Below, piece by piece: positions 1-7,581 of a stretch of DNA of 37,194 bases. The notes under the pieces are model-generated. The model was not told the origin of the DNA. It worked only from the letters and a program-made list of their open reading frames with translations, and did not search any database. Origin of the DNA: a virus (Duplodnaviria; Caudoviricetes); IMG/VR virus record IMGVR_UViG_3300022876_000178, positions 1 through 37,194 of that record. One strand, written 5' to 3'. The translations under genes were made by a program, and so were the position numbers. Position 1 is the stretch's first letter, and each line of letters starts with the position of its first letter.

Positions 1-237
1 ATGAATTTTTCAATGCATTCTACTGTTACTATACCTATTAATATTGATGAGTGGTGGCAGCATACAGTCCACCAATTGAAAGACTGGGAAATCCACCTGT
101 TTTACATAGCCTTAAAAAGCGCCATTAGTGATGGCCTCCTTAATGGTGAAATGACCTCTATGATGTTTAAAGAACTGGAAAAATATTTACTTAAAAAAGA
201 AGTCAATTTCAGCATGATTCTTTCAGACACTCTCTAA
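1..237 (+). CDS. Hypothetical protein, possibly 5'-truncated by the window edge
   Basis: 78-codon ORF convergent with the repressor and ending in a shared hairpin. No motif recognised. Confidence 0.55.
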   Translation: MNFSMHSTVTIPINIDEWWQHTVHQLKDWEIHLFYIALKSAISDGLLNGEMTSMMFKELEKYLLKKEVNFSMILSDTL

Positions 238-259
238 GTGAGAGTGTCTTATTTTTTTT
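225..259. terminator. Hairpin terminator between convergent genes
   Basis: AGACACTCTC-taagt-GAGAGTGTCT followed by a T-run. Confidence 0.75.
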
Positions 260-605
260 CATGTTTTATAATTTCCCAAATATCACGCAAGCGTTTAACC
301 GCATCTTCATTTGAAACAGGTAGTTCCTTATAAAACACTTGTAGTTCTGGACTATTTGCAAATGCTTGAAAATCAGCCTCATCTTGATCTTCAGTGGAAT
401 GCGTTGGTATGTCTGTACGCCCAAGAAGATAATCAGTACTGACTTCAAAATAATCAGCTAGTCTTTGTAAAGTATCTGTATCAGGTGTTCTATTTCCACT
501 TTCGTATCCTGAGATAGATACTTTAGTAACATTAACCTTTTCACCTAATTCGGATTGAGTTAATTTTCTTTCTTTTCTAAGCTGTCTTAGGCGCTCTCCA
601 TTCAA
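249..605 (-). CDS. XRE-family HTH prophage repressor (CI/ImmR-like)
   Basis: RLRQLRKERKLTQSELGEKVNVTKVSISGYESGNRTP...LADYFEVSTDYLLGR. Start moved to TTG 605, after the GAGGTG RBS. Divergent from a Cro-like gene. Confidence 0.93.
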   Translation of the reverse strand: MNGERLRQLRKERKLTQSELGEKVNVTKVSISGYESGNRTPDTDTLQRLADYFEVSTDYLLGRTDIPTHSTEDQDEADFQAFANSPELQVFYKELPVSNEDAVKRLRDIWEIIKHEKK

Positions 606-640
606 TAAAAACACCTCGTTCCTTCTGAGTCTATTATACA

Positions 641-760
641 AGTTAACTAATAGATAACATATAATTAACCATTAAAGTTAACTAAATAGAAATTTTTTTA
701 TTTAAATCTATTGACAGTTCCCTTTTTGTTAACTAATATATAGTTAACGACAGGTTAACT
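641..760. promoter_or_regulatory. Lysis/lysogeny switch operators (repeated GTTAAC palindromes)
   Basis: GTTAAC at 642, 677, 728, 743 and 754, with further copies at 823 and 977. Confidence 0.7.
711..739 (+). promoter_or_regulatory. SigA-type early lytic promoter
   Basis: TTGACA(711)-17 bp-TAATAT(734), overlapped by a GTTAAC box. Confidence 0.8.
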
Positions 761-781
761 TTATGTGGGAGGTGACTTAAA

Positions 782-976
782 TTGTCTCTTGAAAAATTGA
801 AAAAGCTTAGAACACGAGAGAAGTTAACTTATCAACAAGTTGCAGATTATGCAGGGATTTCAAAAGAATACTACTGGTTTATTGAAAATGGCAAACGTCG
901 GCTGACATATGAAATGGCAATTAAGATTGCAAAAGTTTTTAATAAAAAACCTGATGATATTTTTTTTGAACAATAA
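782..976 (+). CDS. Cro-like XRE HTH regulator
   Basis: LKKLRTREKLTYQQVADYAGISKEYYWFIENGKRR...IAKVFNKKPDDIFF; GGGAGGTG RBS. Confidence 0.92.
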   Translation: MSLEKLKKLRTREKLTYQQVADYAGISKEYYWFIENGKRRLTYEMAIKIAKVFNKKPDDIFFEQ

Positions 977-1062
977 GTTAACTGTTGGTGAATTTTAATT
1001 CTTTACTATTGTATGTCTCTATTTCGTTATTTTGTATGTATATAAACTTAAAAAGGAGGTTC

Positions 1063-1386
1063 ATGATGATACCTAGTCAAGTTAATGAAAGCACCCTTGT
1101 TAAATCACTTTTTGAAATGGCAGGAATCACTGAAGAATTTGTTATTCAAAAGCTAGACGATTTCATAAGAGAGCATGCGCGTAGAAAATTACTGTTTTGG
1201 GACCTAGAAGAAATGACTCAATACATTCCTTTCTGTGAAAAAACCATTGAAGAGAAAATTATTAAACAGGACCCACGTTGGAGACAATATCAGCGCCGCA
1301 GTGGGCCAAATGGAAAAAGAATTTGGTTATATGAGCCAACATCGAAATTCATGGTTGATTACATCATGAATAACTGGGACATCTAA
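1063..1386 (+). CDS. Putative excisionase-like / small DNA-binding protein
   Basis: AGGAGGT RBS before ATG 1063; winged-helix-like C-terminus (WDLEEMTQYIPFCEKTIEEKII...GKRIW); position after cro. Confidence 0.5.
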   Translation: MMIPSQVNESTLVKSLFEMAGITEEFVIQKLDDFIREHARRKLLFWDLEEMTQYIPFCEKTIEEKIIKQDPRWRQYQRRSGPNGKRIWLYEPTSKFMVDYIMNNWDI

Positions 1387-1505
1387 AAACTAAAAACAAA
1401 ACACCAGGCAGGTATGTTTTAGGAATTTAGATTAGCAAGAGTTATGGGCAAACGAGGTTGGGCAGTAACCTCATCTATATTTTAGTAATAAATGAAATTT
1501 TTAAC

Positions 1506-1540
1506 TATGCAATCCATGCATAATATGCACTATTTGCATA
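1506..1540. promoter_or_regulatory. Tandem 17-bp palindromic operators upstream of the second XRE gene
   Basis: TATGCA-atcca-TGCATA (1506-1522) and TATGCA-ctatt-TGCATA (1524-1540). Confidence 0.75.
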
Positions 1541-1558
1541 GTAAAGGCGGGAATCAAA

Positions 1559-1837
1559 ATGGACATTGATATTGGCGGATTAATTAAGAAGTGCCGTAAG
1601 AAGGCTAAATTATCACAAGAGGCGTTTGCTGACTTAATGCACACAACACAATCGACAATTAGTCGTATTGAAAAAAACATTGTGGCAGTTGAGGCGAAGT
1701 TTTTAGCAAGGGCAGCAGCGATTACTAATTCTCAAGATGTAGTAGTAGCAACATTATTTAGTTCAGATGCTGCTATTCAATTTTTACAAACAGTACCAAT
1801 GATTATCGTGTGGGGGATAGGAGGACTTTATGGATGA
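1559..1837 (+). CDS. XRE-family HTH regulator
   Basis: IKKCRKKAKLSQEAFADLMHTTQSTISRIEKN. Confidence 0.9.
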   Translation: MDIDIGGLIKKCRKKAKLSQEAFADLMHTTQSTISRIEKNIVAVEAKFLARAAAITNSQDVVVATLFSSDAAIQFLQTVPMIIVWGIGGLYG

Positions 1838-2204
1838 GATCAAAGCGTTTATTGACTACGCCTTAAAGATTGAGAAAGAAATAAAAGAGGATTTTGAATT
1901 AAGCCAACGCATGTATTTACTGGATGTAACTCCTAGATATATAAATTTACAGCAGGAACTGAAAGAACGAGGAAACAACATAGGTGTTCGTTATATTCGA
2001 AAGGAAGAAAATACTCTAGTGGTTCATTTGAGTATAGAACGATTCGATACGCTGAAATTCTCCAATATTGAAGTACGGATACAGAATCATCCTGGGCTAG
2101 ATAACACATGGGAGCATTACTATACAGAACTAGATGGCTTAAAATTTATTGCTTGTAGAAAAATAAAAAATGCAAGCGCATCAGCACCTGCATTTCTGAA
2201 CTAA
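1830..2204 (+). CDS. Hypothetical phage protein
   Basis: 124-aa ORF with AGGAGG RBS, overlapping the upstream stop. Confidence 0.8.
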   Translation: MDEIKAFIDYALKIEKEIKEDFELSQRMYLLDVTPRYINLQQELKERGNNIGVRYIRKEENTLVVHLSIERFDTLKFSNIEVRIQNHPGLDNTWEHYYTELDGLKFIACRKIKNASASAPAFLN

Positions 2205-2245
2205 TCTTGACGGAGATCAGTTCTGGACATTTGAGTATACACCTT

Positions 2246-2274
2246 ATTATGGACAATCATTCTAAAAAAGTCAA
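2246..2274 (-). promoter_or_regulatory. Leftward SigA-type promoter for a short antisense RNA
   Basis: Minus strand TTGACT-17-CATAAT; hairpin plus U-tract at about 2160-2195. Confidence 0.55.
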
Positions 2275-2289
2275 ATTAAGTAGGAATTT

Positions 2290-2382
2290 GAGCGAGATAG
2301 ACCTCGCTCTCATCCAGCAGTTTACAACTACCGTTCCTCCCCTTATCGGTGCGCTTTGCCTGTTGTGAACTGCTTGATGGGA
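2290..2382 (+). ncRNA. Putative structured RNA with C-rich anti-SD loop
   Basis: GAGCGAG/CTCGCTC hairpin; ~20-bp stem 2308-2328/2362-2382 with G:U pairs; inner hairpin exposing TTCCTCCCCTT. Confidence 0.55.
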
Positions 2383-2670
2383 CTTCATTTAATACATAAT
2401 TATTTTCACATCATGAGAACATGAATATCTTAATTTAATAGGACTAGCAATCTATTTATAAAGCCGAGCACAGTACGCCAAGACCTTTCGAGCGAGCGAC
2501 AGCCCTATTGTGGCCCAAGTTGCGAAGACCACTTTGTAAATAGATTGGTGGTTCTCCACTAGGAAGGAGGGGGAAGGTAAGCGTCTACGTGACGTCAGCC
2601 TAGTAGGATACAAAAAAAGCTTACAAGCACTGGCATGCGAGTAAGCTACATGAAAAAATACATTACCAAA

Positions 2671-2699
2671 ATTATAGCAATTAGTACGTCTGCTGACAA
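2671..2699 (-). promoter_or_regulatory. Leftward SigA-type promoter with extended -10
   Basis: Minus strand TTGTCA-17-TATAAT with TGn; hairpin plus U7 at 2612-2647. Confidence 0.65.
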
Positions 2700-2712
2700 G
2701 GGAGGTCAATGA

Positions 2713-3369
2713 ATGTCACAACTTATCGTACATGGCGGCACAAGGGTTCTAACAAGTGTACAACTCGCAGAATCCTACAACACAAACGCCAAAATTATCA
2801 ATCGGAATTTCAGTCGAAACCAAGACCAATTTATTGAAGGTGAACATTACTTTCAACTGTCGGGCGAGACATTAAAGGCATTTAAAGCCGAGCGTCCAGA
2901 AGACGCTAGCCTTAAATTTGCGTCTTCATTGAATTTGTGGACAGAAAAAGGGGCATGGCTTCACTCTAGCTTTCTTAAAGGAAAACGGGCGAAAGAAGCC
3001 TTTGCAGCACTTGTGGACAGCTACTACAGCATTTTAGAAGCACCACAACCAATTATGCAACAGGGACAAGCCCCATTAGCTATTACTCTAGAAGACTACC
3101 AGCAATTAGAAAGCAGGGTGACTACATTGGAGGACATGCTAAAACAACAGGTTACATTGCATTCAGGTGAGCAAAGCCGATTACGAGCAGCCGTAGGAGA
3201 GCGTGTACATGCTTTAGCGAAAGATAAAGGCGCACGTCCAGCTTTGTTCAGAGCAATCTATTCTGCGATTAAAGAACGCTATCAAGTAGGGTCTTATCGT
3301 GACGTTAAACAGCATGAGTTGCAGGATGCATTGAAGTTTGTTGCAACATGGGGAGGTGAAACTTCATGA
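2713..3369 (+). CDS. ORF6N/ORF6C-domain phage antirepressor-like protein
   Basis: VLTSVQLAESY...RNFSRNQDQFIEGEHYFQL...LWTEKGAWLH (ORF6N); IKERYQVGSYRDVKQHELQDALKFVATW (ORF6C). Confidence 0.88.
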   Translation: MSQLIVHGGTRVLTSVQLAESYNTNAKIINRNFSRNQDQFIEGEHYFQLSGETLKAFKAERPEDASLKFASSLNLWTEKGAWLHSSFLKGKRAKEAFAALVDSYYSILEAPQPIMQQGQAPLAITLEDYQQLESRVTTLEDMLKQQVTLHSGEQSRLRAAVGERVHALAKDKGARPALFRAIYSAIKERYQVGSYRDVKQHELQDALKFVATWGGETS

Positions 3370-3521
3370 AACGAGGTCGCAATTTGACTGTTAACGAAAG
3401 CAACTACGTGAAAAGCTTTCGCCTTAATCCTGCTAACTGGCTGATCAGTAAAAAGCAAGTGGATGCGTGGACAATCATACATCGTCTAACAGGAAAGCCA
3501 CGAGTAATTCCAGCGCCGTAG
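3366..3521 (+). CDS. Small phage protein (DUF6906-like), 51 aa, not in the ORF track
   Basis: MKRGRNLTVNESNYVKSFRLNPANWLISKKQVDAWTIIHRLTGKPRVIPAP; GGAGGTG RBS; ATGA overlap. Confidence 0.75.
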   Translation: MKRGRNLTVNESNYVKSFRLNPANWLISKKQVDAWTIIHRLTGKPRVIPAP

Positions 3522-3532
3522 GAGGAACAGTT

Positions 3533-4516
3533 ATGAATCTTTTAATTAATGAGCCACCGTTGCAAGTGTTACCTACGCTTGCGGTGGCAATTGGCTTAAA
3601 CAATGCCATTGTAGTCCAGCAGGTGCATTACTGGTTGCGTGTATCAAAGAATGAACGTGAAGGTAACAAGTGGGTGTACAAAACGATTGACGAATGGCAT
3701 GAGGAGTTTCCATTCTGGTCCAAACGCACTTTAGAACGTGTAATTGAAAGTCTTGAGGATATGAAAATCCTAGCTGCTGGCAACTACAACAAACTTAAAA
3801 TGGATCGTACTAAATGGTATCGGATTGATTATGAAATGCTCAACAAACGTTGTAAGGACGCATTCCGACAAAATGACGGAATGGAAACCGACAAAATGGC
3901 GGAATGGAACACGTCAAATTGTCAGAATGGAAACCGACAAAATGGCGTGAACGATTCCGACAAAATGGCGGTACCAATAACCAGAGAATACACAGAGACT
4001 ACTACAGAGACTACACAGAGAAAGAGCAGCAGTCGCAAACGAGTTTACGACGAATCTTCTGTGCACTATCAATTAGCTAATAGACTCTATCAAAAAATAT
4101 TGATTGATGACCCTAGTTTTAAGCAACCAAACATGAACACATGGGCTGATAGTATTCGCTTGATGATGGAGCAGGATAACAGAACAGTTGAGCAAATCGA
4201 ATATCTAATTGATTGGTCTCAAACAAATTCGTTCTGGAAATCAAATATCTTATCAACAAAAAAATTACGTGAAAAGGCTACAACGCTTATCCGTCAAATC
4301 AAGGCTGATAAAGCAAAAGAGAATAAGGCTAATTCAGCATCGACTAATAATTCGCGAAGACAAGGGCGTACAGAGGTTGTTCCTGAATGGTTTAAGAACC
4401 GTAATGATGAGCAGTCGAAAGCTGAGCCGACAGCTGTAGAAATCGGTATTGAAATGGATTTTGAGGCAGAGCGTCAAAAAATACTCGACATGTTAGGGAG
4501 GTCTGAGAATGCGTAG
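3533..4516 (+). CDS. Phage replication initiator
   Basis: MNLLINEPPLQVLPTLAVAIGLN...KWVYKT...FPFWS...DRTKWYRIDY N-terminus; FWKSNILSTKKLREK C-terminal domain; internal iterons; GGAGG RBS before ATG 3533. Confidence 0.9.
   Translation: MNLLINEPPLQVLPTLAVAIGLNNAIVVQQVHYWLRVSKNEREGNKWVYKTIDEWHEEFPFWSKRTLERVIESLEDMKILAAGNYNKLKMDRTKWYRIDYEMLNKRCKDAFRQNDGMETDKMAEWNTSNCQNGNRQNGVNDSDKMAVPITREYTETTTETTQRKSSSRKRVYDESSVHYQLANRLYQKILIDDPSFKQPNMNTWADSIRLMMEQDNRTVEQIEYLIDWSQTNSFWKSNILSTKKLREKATTLIRQIKADKAKENKANSASTNNSRRQGRTEVVPEWFKNRNDEQSKAEPTAVEIGIEMDFEAERQKILDMLGRSENA
3865..3973 (+). repeat. Five tandem 23-bp iterons, the likely replication origin
   Basis: CCGACAAAATG(A/G)CG-type units at 3865, 3888, 3911 (degenerate), 3934 and 3957. 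Confidence 0.9.
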
Positions 4517-4646
4517 TGAACTAGTTTTTATTTTGCACTTGATGACAGGGTATTCAGAGCAATACCTTGATAAATTGTCAGAAGATGAACTGAATCGTAT
4601 GTATGATGCTGAAATGGAAAAAAGCATGAACGAAAGTGCGGTGTAA
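4509..4646 (+). CDS. Small phage protein (BH0509-like), 45 aa, not in the ORF track
   Basis: MRSELVFILHLMTGYSEQYLDKLSEDELNRMYDAEMEKSMNESAV; GGGAGG RBS. Confidence 0.7.
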   Translation: MRSELVFILHLMTGYSEQYLDKLSEDELNRMYDAEMEKSMNESAV

Positions 4647-4672
4647 CAAAAAAGATGGTAAAGGGTGAAAAA

Positions 4673-5284
4673 ATGGAAATTACAGGGGTTGTATCAGTTG
4701 TAACAAAAACAATAAAAAGTTTAATGATCGAGTTGGAACCGCAATTTACAAATGGTCATGATTTCTGTGAATTAATCGTGGATGAATCAAGAAATGGATT
4801 TACAGCTCGTTTGTGTAATGAGACTTATTCATTCAGTTGGGGAGCACCTGGTAATGATTTCATACAGTTCTTAATCGATACATTTAGCAAACATAACGAT
4901 TATTTATTTGGAAAGTTAGAGGATTTCTCCAAACGCAATTATGTTGATAATGAGAAAACAGCACAAGCAATGAAGGTTATGTTGCTACAAGCTCGTCGGC
5001 ACAACCAGATCGATGAAGAGCAAGCACGAGAGATTTGGGAAGAAATTGAATCATTCGAAGGGAATGATGATGTTACCCAAAATCATCTTTATAGCGAATG
5101 GTCTCATTGGTTTGAACAAGCAATAGAGCAAGATATTTTTTCTAACGAACCATGGTTTGAGGATTTTATCCAGTATAACGAGGACTGGAGATGTCGAGTG
5201 TTTTGTGAAAAAGTAGCTCCTATTCTAGCAGAAGTATTGAAGGTGGAGTATGGGAAGGTGGATGTACTTAATGAGCAGCCCTAA
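4673..5284 (+). CDS. Hypothetical phage protein
   Basis: Long acidic ORF with AAGGGTG RBS. Confidence 0.8.
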   Translation: MEITGVVSVVTKTIKSLMIELEPQFTNGHDFCELIVDESRNGFTARLCNETYSFSWGAPGNDFIQFLIDTFSKHNDYLFGKLEDFSKRNYVDNEKTAQAMKVMLLQARRHNQIDEEQAREIWEEIESFEGNDDVTQNHLYSEWSHWFEQAIEQDIFSNEPWFEDFIQYNEDWRCRVFCEKVAPILAEVLKVEYGKVDVLNEQP

Positions 5285-5465
5285 TCCATTCCATGAATTT
5301 GTTGGTTTCTTAGCAAAAATCGGTGAAGCCTATAGTGAGGCTGAAATGAATAATCTTATCAATGATCTTGAGGCGTTTAACAAACGCAATTACAAAGATA
5401 CTGCAATCGATGTTGCTCTAGACACTAGGGATTATGAAGCTTTTTACAAACTAGTAGGGAGGTAA
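5271..5465 (+). CDS. IDEAL-domain protein
   Basis: C-terminal AIDVALDTRDYEAFYKLV. Confidence 0.75.
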   Translation: MSSPNPFHEFVGFLAKIGEAYSEAEMNNLINDLEAFNKRNYKDTAIDVALDTRDYEAFYKLVGR

Positions 5466-5469
5466 TGAA

Positions 5470-5877
5470 ATGAATCCACGAATTGAACTTTTAAAACAGC
5501 AAAAAACGCTACACAATCAGCATTGTGTCACATGTCCAAAGCGCAATGACCGTAACGCAAAGGGCTGTAAAAAATGTGATGTATTTATCCAATTCAACGA
5601 AATAGGAAAGTGCTTACTAGGTCTAAACAAATCACCAAATACGCCAGTCTCTCAAAGAAAGAGCAAAAACGATATTTTAGCAGAATCAAAGAGCGATTAT
5701 GGGATGGTTCTTACGATAGATCGATATTTAGACTTGCAAGAATTGGGCATGAAAAACTATGAAATAGCAGAGCAGTACGGCATTACAGATAAGGAATTAA
5801 ACGAATGGAAGGTATGGCAGGGGCTAACTGGAAAGCGTGGTCCAGTGTCCAAACAGGATTTGGTATGCAGCAGTTGA
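5470..5877 (+). CDS. Zinc-finger plus HTH-like phage protein
   Basis: HCVTC...CKKC; C-terminal GMKNYEIAEQYGITDKELNEWK. Confidence 0.75.
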   Translation: MNPRIELLKQQKTLHNQHCVTCPKRNDRNAKGCKKCDVFIQFNEIGKCLLGLNKSPNTPVSQRKSKNDILAESKSDYGMVLTIDRYLDLQELGMKNYEIAEQYGITDKELNEWKVWQGLTGKRGPVSKQDLVCSS

Positions 5878-6113
5878 GTATATTTGATTGTCTAGCGACA
5901 GAAAAACCATCTTTTCAAATACATGACAAAGTAAAGCTATTGTTAGTTGATGAGTCAACCAATTTTGAAATCTTTAATTATCGCAAATATTATCATGATC
6001 ATCTTATCGGAAAAATAGGCTCGGTGACAGAAGTTAAAGGAAATACAGTAACGGTATTAATTAACGGAGAAGTCATTCAATGTGAGGTATGTGAACTGGA
6101 ATGGATAGCGTAG
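5865..6113 (+). CDS. Hypothetical protein with N-terminal QLSIF motif
   Basis: ATG 5865 gives MQQLSIFD; beta-rich SH3/KOW-like remainder. Confidence 0.7.
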   Translation: MQQLSIFDCLATEKPSFQIHDKVKLLLVDESTNFEIFNYRKYYHDHLIGKIGSVTEVKGNTVTVLINGEVIQCEVCELEWIA

Positions 6114-6172
6114 CGCTACGGTGGCAGCCGTAGCCCTACAATTAAGCCCTTCGCTTAATAATAACTACAGTA

Positions 6173-6201
6173 ATTATAGCAGGAGGGGCTTATATGGGCA
6201 A
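6173..6201 (-). promoter_or_regulatory. Leftward promoter with extended -10
   Basis: Minus strand TTGCCC-17-TATAAT with TGn, pointing at the hairpin 6110-6139. Confidence 0.5.
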
Positions 6202-6373
6202 ACAGACTAGTTTAGAGGGCATGACAGATGGGGTTTATATCGTACAGCAGGGCGCTATCGTAGCAGTATTGCAGCCAAAAGAGTTCGGGCAGGATTCAAT
6301 CCAATGGCAGCATAAACGTGTTTTTGAAGTGAACGAAATGAAACGTACCCGTATAGGAGCTTCAAAAAAATAA
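6194..6373 (+). CDS. Small phage protein (DUF3954/XtrA-like), 59 aa, not in the ORF track
   Basis: MGKQTSLEGMTDGVYIVQQGAIVAVLQPKEFGQDSIQWQHKRVFEVNEMKRTRIGASKK; AGGAGG RBS. Confidence 0.72.
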   Translation: MGKQTSLEGMTDGVYIVQQGAIVAVLQPKEFGQDSIQWQHKRVFEVNEMKRTRIGASKK

Positions 6374-6401
6374 AATGATGTAATTCATAAGGAGCGATTT
6401 T

Positions 6402-6587
6402 ATGATTACCAAAACTAAGAAACCAATCAAGAAAATTATCGGAGCAAAAACAAAAGCAGCTCTTGAAAAACAAATCAAAGCAGAAGCAAAAAATCACTGG
6501 TATCCAATCAGTGAAATTAAATTCTTTGAATATGATCCAAGGCCATATCAGGTACTATTACGATTCGGGAAAGGGGTAAGGAAATGA
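6402..6587 (+). CDS. Hypothetical basic protein
   Basis: AAGGAG RBS; 61 aa. Confidence 0.75.
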   Translation: MITKTKKPIKKIIGAKTKAALEKQIKAEAKNHWYPISEIKFFEYDPRPYQVLLRFGKGVRK

Positions 6588-7282
6588 GTTTACAAAATAT
6601 TATTGATGCACAAAAAGAACTGGATGCTCGAATTATCAAAGAAAAAGGGTTGAAGGGTAATGATTTAACACCTAACACATTTTTAGCTCTAAAAGTGGAG
6701 TTAGCCGAGTTTGCTAATGAAGGACGTTGGTTTAAACATTGGAGCAATGACCAGGAGCCGAGAACATCTGTCATTTGTCTTTGCGCACCGTGCCAAGGTA
6801 CTGGCGATGAGAATTATGAAATGGTCACGGAAGATGCGGAATCAGGCTGTAAACATGAATTCATGAAATGCGAAGAATGTAATGGTACTGGTGAGGTCGG
6901 TGAAAGAAATCCTTTACTAGAAGAATTTGTTGATTCTGTTCATTTCTTTGTTTCTATCGCTAATCAAAAAGGCTGGGAAGATGCACTTTGGGTATACGAG
7001 GAACAACTTGATCCAGATGAATTTGATGGTGATTTAACAAGTTGGTTCTTAGAAATGGATTATTTCTTGAGCTTGGCATATATCCGAAAGTTTACGGATG
7101 AAGAAGAAGCTAAATATAAAGATTCATTCGGATATTTAAACAATGAATATTGCTTTAGAACTGCTTGGATATTGTTTTTAAACATTGGGATGAATGGTTT
7201 TGGTTTTACATGGAAACAGATAGAGGCAGCTTATTTCAAAAAGAACAAAGTCAATCATGAGCGTCAGGAGAGTGGATACTGA
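6584..7282 (+). CDS. dut: Dimeric (all-alpha) dUTPase with Zn-finger insertion
   Basis: ALKVELAEFANEGRWFKHWS, LLEEFVDSVHF and AYFKKNKVNHERQESGY motifs. Confidence 0.92.
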   Translation: MSLQNIIDAQKELDARIIKEKGLKGNDLTPNTFLALKVELAEFANEGRWFKHWSNDQEPRTSVICLCAPCQGTGDENYEMVTEDAESGCKHEFMKCEECNGTGEVGERNPLLEEFVDSVHFFVSIANQKGWEDALWVYEEQLDPDEFDGDLTSWFLEMDYFLSLAYIRKFTDEEEAKYKDSFGYLNNEYCFRTAWILFLNIGMNGFGFTWKQIEAAYFKKNKVNHERQESGY

Positions 7283-7312
7283 TAAAACTGTGTGGAAGAG
7301 GGTTGAAGCAAA

Positions 7313-7549
7313 ATGAATAGACCAGATTCAGAGCACTATCATGAAGGCAAAATTGATGTGTGGGCGTTTGCTGATGAAAACTTCAATTTAGATGAATGTA
7401 TCGGTTTTCACAGAATCAACGGTATTAAATATTTAACTCGATATGGGAAAAAGAATGGCTATAACGTTCGAGATTTAGAAAAAGCAATTACTTATATTCA
7501 AAAGTTAATTGAATTGAACCAATCCAAAATGAAGGAAATGCAAAAATGA
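7313..7549 (+). CDS. DUF3310-family phage protein
   Basis: EHYHEGKIDV...GFHRINGIKYLTRYGKKNG...DLEKAITY. Confidence 0.85.
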   Translation: MNRPDSEHYHEGKIDVWAFADENFNLDECIGFHRINGIKYLTRYGKKNGYNVRDLEKAITYIQKLIELNQSKMKEMQK

Positions 7550-7581
7550 ACAAAAATGTGTAGGAAAGGATGAAATGAATA

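Noticed and set aside
2452-2709. 85-aa minus-strand ORF
   Set aside because: It has no convincing RBS and overlaps a promoter, a terminator and RNA stems.
1-2713. Arbitrium (aimR/aimP) signalling
   Set aside because: No TPR receptor or signal-peptide mini-gene in the window. The region further left is not visible.
3865-3973. CRISPR array or mini-array
   Set aside because: The units are contiguous 23-bp repeats without unique spacers, inside the initiator gene, so they are iterons.
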